Shown: one piece after another, positions 18,513-21,582 of the stretch | How positions within the stretch are numbered: position 1 is the first letter of the stretch | Layout: each line of letters begins with the position of its first letter | Assembly: GCA_002269645.1 (NCBI GenBank) | Contig: NIVC01005203.1 | Location: forward strand, 1 to 21,582 | Source of the DNA: Macrostomum lignano | Lineage: Eukaryota | Direction: 5' to 3' | DNA length: 21,582 bases | The notes under the pieces: model-generated | The model's input: only the letters and a program-made list of their open reading frames with translations | Databases searched by the model: none | What the model was told of the DNA's origin: nothing | Made by a program: the position numbers and the translations under genes

Positions 18513-20157
18513 CTCGTACCCAGCCCCGCCGACAGGAGGCAGAAAGAAGGCAACTCCAGCTGGCACGGGTGGAGTTTCGGATTGAGAAGCTGGAATTGTA
18601 GAGGCTGCAGCTGGGCGGCTGGAGCAGCTGGGGCAGCCAGAGCAGCTGGGCGGCTGGAGCAGCTGGGGCGGCCAGAGCAGCTGGGGCGGCCAGAGCAGCT
18701 GGGGCGGCCAGAGCAGCTGGGGCGGCTGGAGCAGCTGGGGGGCCAGAGCAGCTGGGGCGGCTGGAGCAGCTGGGCGGCCAGAGCAGCTGGGGCGGCCAGA
18801 GCAGCTGGGGCGGCCAGAGCAGCTGGGGCGGCCAGAGCAGCTGGGGCGGCCAGAGCAGCTGGGGCGGCCAGAGCAGCTGGGGCGGCCAGAGCAGCTGGGG
18901 CGGCAGAGCAGCTGGGGCGGCCAGAGCAGCTGGGGCGGCCAGAGCAGCTGGGGCGGCAGAGCAGCTGGGGCGGCCAGAGCAGCTGGGCGGCCAGAGCAGC
19001 TGGGGCGGCCAGAGCAGCTGGGGCGGCCAGAGCAGCTGGGGCGGCCAGAGCAGCTGGGGCGGCCAGAGCAGCTGGGGCGGCCAGAGCAGCTGGGGCGGCC
19101 AGAGCAGCTGGGGCGGCCAGAGCAGCTGGGGCGGCCAGAGCAGCTGGGGCGGCCAGAGCAGCTGGGCGGCCAGAGCAGCTGGGGCGGCCAGAGCAGCTGG
19201 GGCGGCCAGAGCAGCTGGGCGGCCAGAGCAGCTGGGGCGGCCAGAGCAGCTGGGGCGGCCAGAGCAGCTGGGGCGGCCAGAGCAGCTGGGGCGGCCAGAG
19301 CAGCTGGGCGGCCAGAGCAGCTGGGGCGGCCAGAGCAGCTGGGGCGGCCAGAGCAGCTGGGGCGGCCAGAGCAGCTGGGGGGCCAGAGCAGCTGGGGCGG
19401 CCAGAGCAGCTGGGGCGGCCAGAGCAGCTGGGGCGGCTGGAGCTGCAGGTGCACAATTGCATATGCGACTCATTGTCGCTGCCCTCCTCTTCTAGATTTC
19501 CATTTCGTGTCGTCTTCATTAGATGAAGTTGTTTTCCAGCAATCACCGGAACCGAAGAGACAGGTTGCTGCTGCTGCTGACGACCCTTCTCCTTGAATTC
19601 CCTGAGGAACTGATCCAGGACATCTTCCTCTATGAAGTTTATGACAGCAGCAGCCTCGACTCCAGCAGCCTCGACTCCAGCAGCCTCGACTCCAGCGGCC
19701 TCAACTCCAGCAGCCTCGACTCCAGCAGCCTCGACTCCAGCAGCCTCGACTCCAGCAGCCTCGACTCCAGCAGCCTCGACTCCAGCAGCCTCGACTCCAG
19801 CAGACAGCTCAACTTCAAATTCTGCAGCTGCTGAAGACCCGCTTGGCCTATCCTCTTCAATGTAGAGTCAATTACTTGACTCAAGTGAGCTGATAGCAGA
19901 CTCCTGCTGGCTCCTTTTTTCTGCTGGATCTTCTTTTCTCTCTCGTTGCTCTTTTTGATGGCGCGGATTACTTTCCAGCGGTTACTTTCTTGCTTTTTCT
20001 TGTCATCGCTGACGATCCTGTGTCCTCGATGATATGCTGGAATTTTTCCCTCCTGCAGAGCTTCGACGGTGCCGCACTGGTCGCATGCCAACCAGCATGA
20101 GACCAGACAGTTCTCATTCTCGTGGTGTCTTGGGGACACGCCTCCAAGCAGGCACAC
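18513..20157 (-). CDS. Putative low-complexity protein/exon of the right arm (frameshifted; boundaries uncertain)
   Basis: Non-repetitive protein-like segments flank the arrays: a Cys/His-rich start, a basic coil, LYIEEDRPSG, VINFIEEDVLDQFLREFKEKGR and STIPASQSETPPVPAG…GGAGYE. Ends at a possible donor GAG|GTAACG (18513/18512). Confidence 0.4.
18607..19447. repeat. 18-bp GC-rich tandem array, about 47 copies (PAALAA/PAAPAA on the - strand if units are uniform)
   Basis: Unit gccagagcagctggggcg; about 11 copies are one base short, causing the frame switches seen in three overlapping ORFs. Confidence 0.93.
19648..19803. repeat. 15-bp tandem repeat, about 10 copies (GVEAA on the - strand)
   Basis: Unit cagcagcctcgactc. 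Confidence 0.93.
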
Positions 20158-20315
20158 TTCGGCAGCTTATACAGACCTCATAGAGGTCTCTATGACAACT
20201 TTTAAAATTTTCATTTTTGAAAGAGAAAGAGTTGTTTTTTAGAAGTAGTAAGGTTTTTAAAAATCATTTTATACAATTTGTTTTTGTCTATTTGTTTATT
20301 TGTACTTGCGTGGCT

Positions 20316-20324
20316 GCTTATATA
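20316..20324 (-). promoter_or_regulatory. TATA box (TATATAAGC), right-arm promoter
   Basis: gcttatata on + equals TATATAAGC on -, identical to 4580-4588 and at a similar distance from the end (616 vs 669 bp). Confidence 0.55.
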
Positions 20325-20538
20325 GTAATTTGTACATGCATGCCCTCTCCTTATCATATCGTATATGAACATCCAGCCATGCTCAGGTAATAATTACTTT
20401 ACCGTTATAGAGGCCACCGGCTGTAATTAGTGTATCCCCCCGTCCCTTATCCGGTAAGCAACACCAGCCGTCCTCTGTGCAGTTGTAAAACTTTATAACC
20501 TTACCCTAACACAGAGCACAGAGATTGGCCACCCCTCT

Positions 20539-20661
20539 TATCTCTGCAATGTTTAGCCGTTCCCAATGCACAGAGATAGGATCCTCTCCGCAGTGTATTT
20601 TTCCTATATCCTTTTTGCCGCCTATCTCGCCCGTGCTAGTGCGGCAGTATCATGAATCGCC
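20539..20661. repeat. Degenerate internal duplicate of the right terminus (copy of 20805-20932)
   Basis: Shares gtgtatttttcc…tgccgcctatctcgcc.gtgctagtgcggcagtatcat…cgcc but lacks the final ctactact. Confidence 0.88.
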
Positions 20662-20670
20662 TCCATCTCC

Positions 20671-20940
20671 GCAGTGCTTAGCCGTCCCCAATGCACAGAG
20701 ATAGAGCTCATATCTCTGCAGTGCTTAGCCGTCCCCAATGCACAGAGATAGAGCTCATATCTCTGCAGTGCTTAGCCGTCCCCAATGTACAGAGATAGAG
20801 CTCATATCTCTGCAGTGCTTAGCCGTCCCCAATGCACAGAGATAGGGCTCATATCTCCGCAGTGTATTTTTCCCTGTACATTTGCATTGCCGCCTATCTC
20901 GCCAGTGCTAGTGCGGCAGTATCATATTCGCCCTACTACT
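20671..20940 (-). repeat. Right terminal inverted repeat (270 bp) containing four 47-bp units (20675-20862)
   Basis: Ends in CCCTACTACT at 20940, the canonical Polinton-type 3' end. Confidence 0.93.
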
Positions 20941-21172
20941 CCTGTCAATGAGACGTCATGGCAGATGTCAGCGAAACGTGTGTTCTCAAATCTCTTCTTC
21001 ACTTTGTGCAAGTTGACTGTCACTAGAATGCGCACAGCATCTGCATACACTTTGGACGTCATTAATTTAGAGAAACGGTGACTACATATTTGAGTTTAGG
21101 GGCCATATGCTTACTAAAAGATCTGAACGCACATAAAAATTTGAAGTTTTTTACACACTATATATCTACTCC

Positions 21173-21582
21173 GCATGAGGATCTACTCCCACCTGAGGAT
21201 CTACTCCCACCTGAGGATCTACTCCCACCTGAGGATCTAAACCCACCTGAGGATCTACTCCCACATGAGAATCTAATCCCACATGAGGATCTAATCCCGC
21301 ATGAGGATCTAATCCCACATGAGGATCTACTCCCACATGTGGATCTAAACCCACTTGAGGATCTAAAGCACCTGAGGATCTACTCACAATGTGATCTACT
21401 CCCAACAGAGGATCTACTTCCACCTGAGGATATACTCCATCTGACCTAATCCGCATATGAGAATATAATCCCACTCGAAGATCTAATCCGACTCGAAGAT
21501 CTAATCCCACTCGAGGATCTAATCCCACTCGAGGATCTAATCCCACTCGAGGATCTAATCTCACTCGAGATCTAATCCCACT
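21173..21582. repeat. Host 18-bp minisatellite, about 20+ degenerate copies, running off the window end
   Basis: Unit gaggatctactcccacct and variants. Confidence 0.9.

Larger units (their letters stand above)
3911..20940. mobile_element. Polinton/Maverick (adintovirus-like) element, apparently full length
   Basis: TIRs with an AGTAGT/ACTACT-type terminus, plus the complete hallmark gene set: pPolB, retroviral-type integrase, A32 ATPase, adenain-like protease, major and minor capsid proteins. Confidence 0.96.

Noticed and set aside
18582-19865. Plus-strand repeat ORFs 17016-17366, 17183-17608, 18582-19526, 19523-19834 and 19632-19865
   Set aside because: Stop-free antisense shadows of codon-multiple arrays. 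The TATA box, splice signals and polymerase orientation favour the - strand.
21078-21564. ORFs 21078-21449 (EDLLPP)n and 21166-21564
   Set aside because: Products of an 18-bp host minisatellite outside the element; no independent coding support.
1-21582. Host species assignment (composition and minisatellite style suggest an invertebrate such as a flatworm)
   Set aside because: An impression only; no diagnostic marker in the window.

Overview
Most of this window (3911-20940, about 17.0 kb) is one apparently full-length Polinton/Maverick (adintovirus-like endogenous DNA virus/transposon). It sits in repeat-rich eukaryotic, probably animal, host DNA and is bounded by ~270-bp terminal inverted repeats ending in (T)GTAGTAGGG...CCCTACTACT. 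The + strand block encodes, in order: a tandem-PC4 protein, a DDE integrase with chromodomain, minor capsid, a basic core-like protein, double-jelly-roll major capsid, adenain-like protease, A32/FtsK packaging ATPase, two conserved Polinton proteins, a degenerate DEDD-exonuclease-like protein and a divergent two-repeat TATA-binding protein (TBP). The convergent - strand encodes a protein-primed family B polymerase (vOTU, zinc finger and Endo VII domains). The polymerase appears to splice, in phase, to upstream exon(s) built from tandem repeats. The most notable observation is that the element carries both a TBP homologue and a PC4 homologue and has an identical TATATAAGC box pointing inward from each arm. 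Several genes are broken by one-base-short homopolymers, which may be assembly errors. No clean target-site duplication is visible. All assignments are by eye from motifs; no database search was run, so novelty is unverified.
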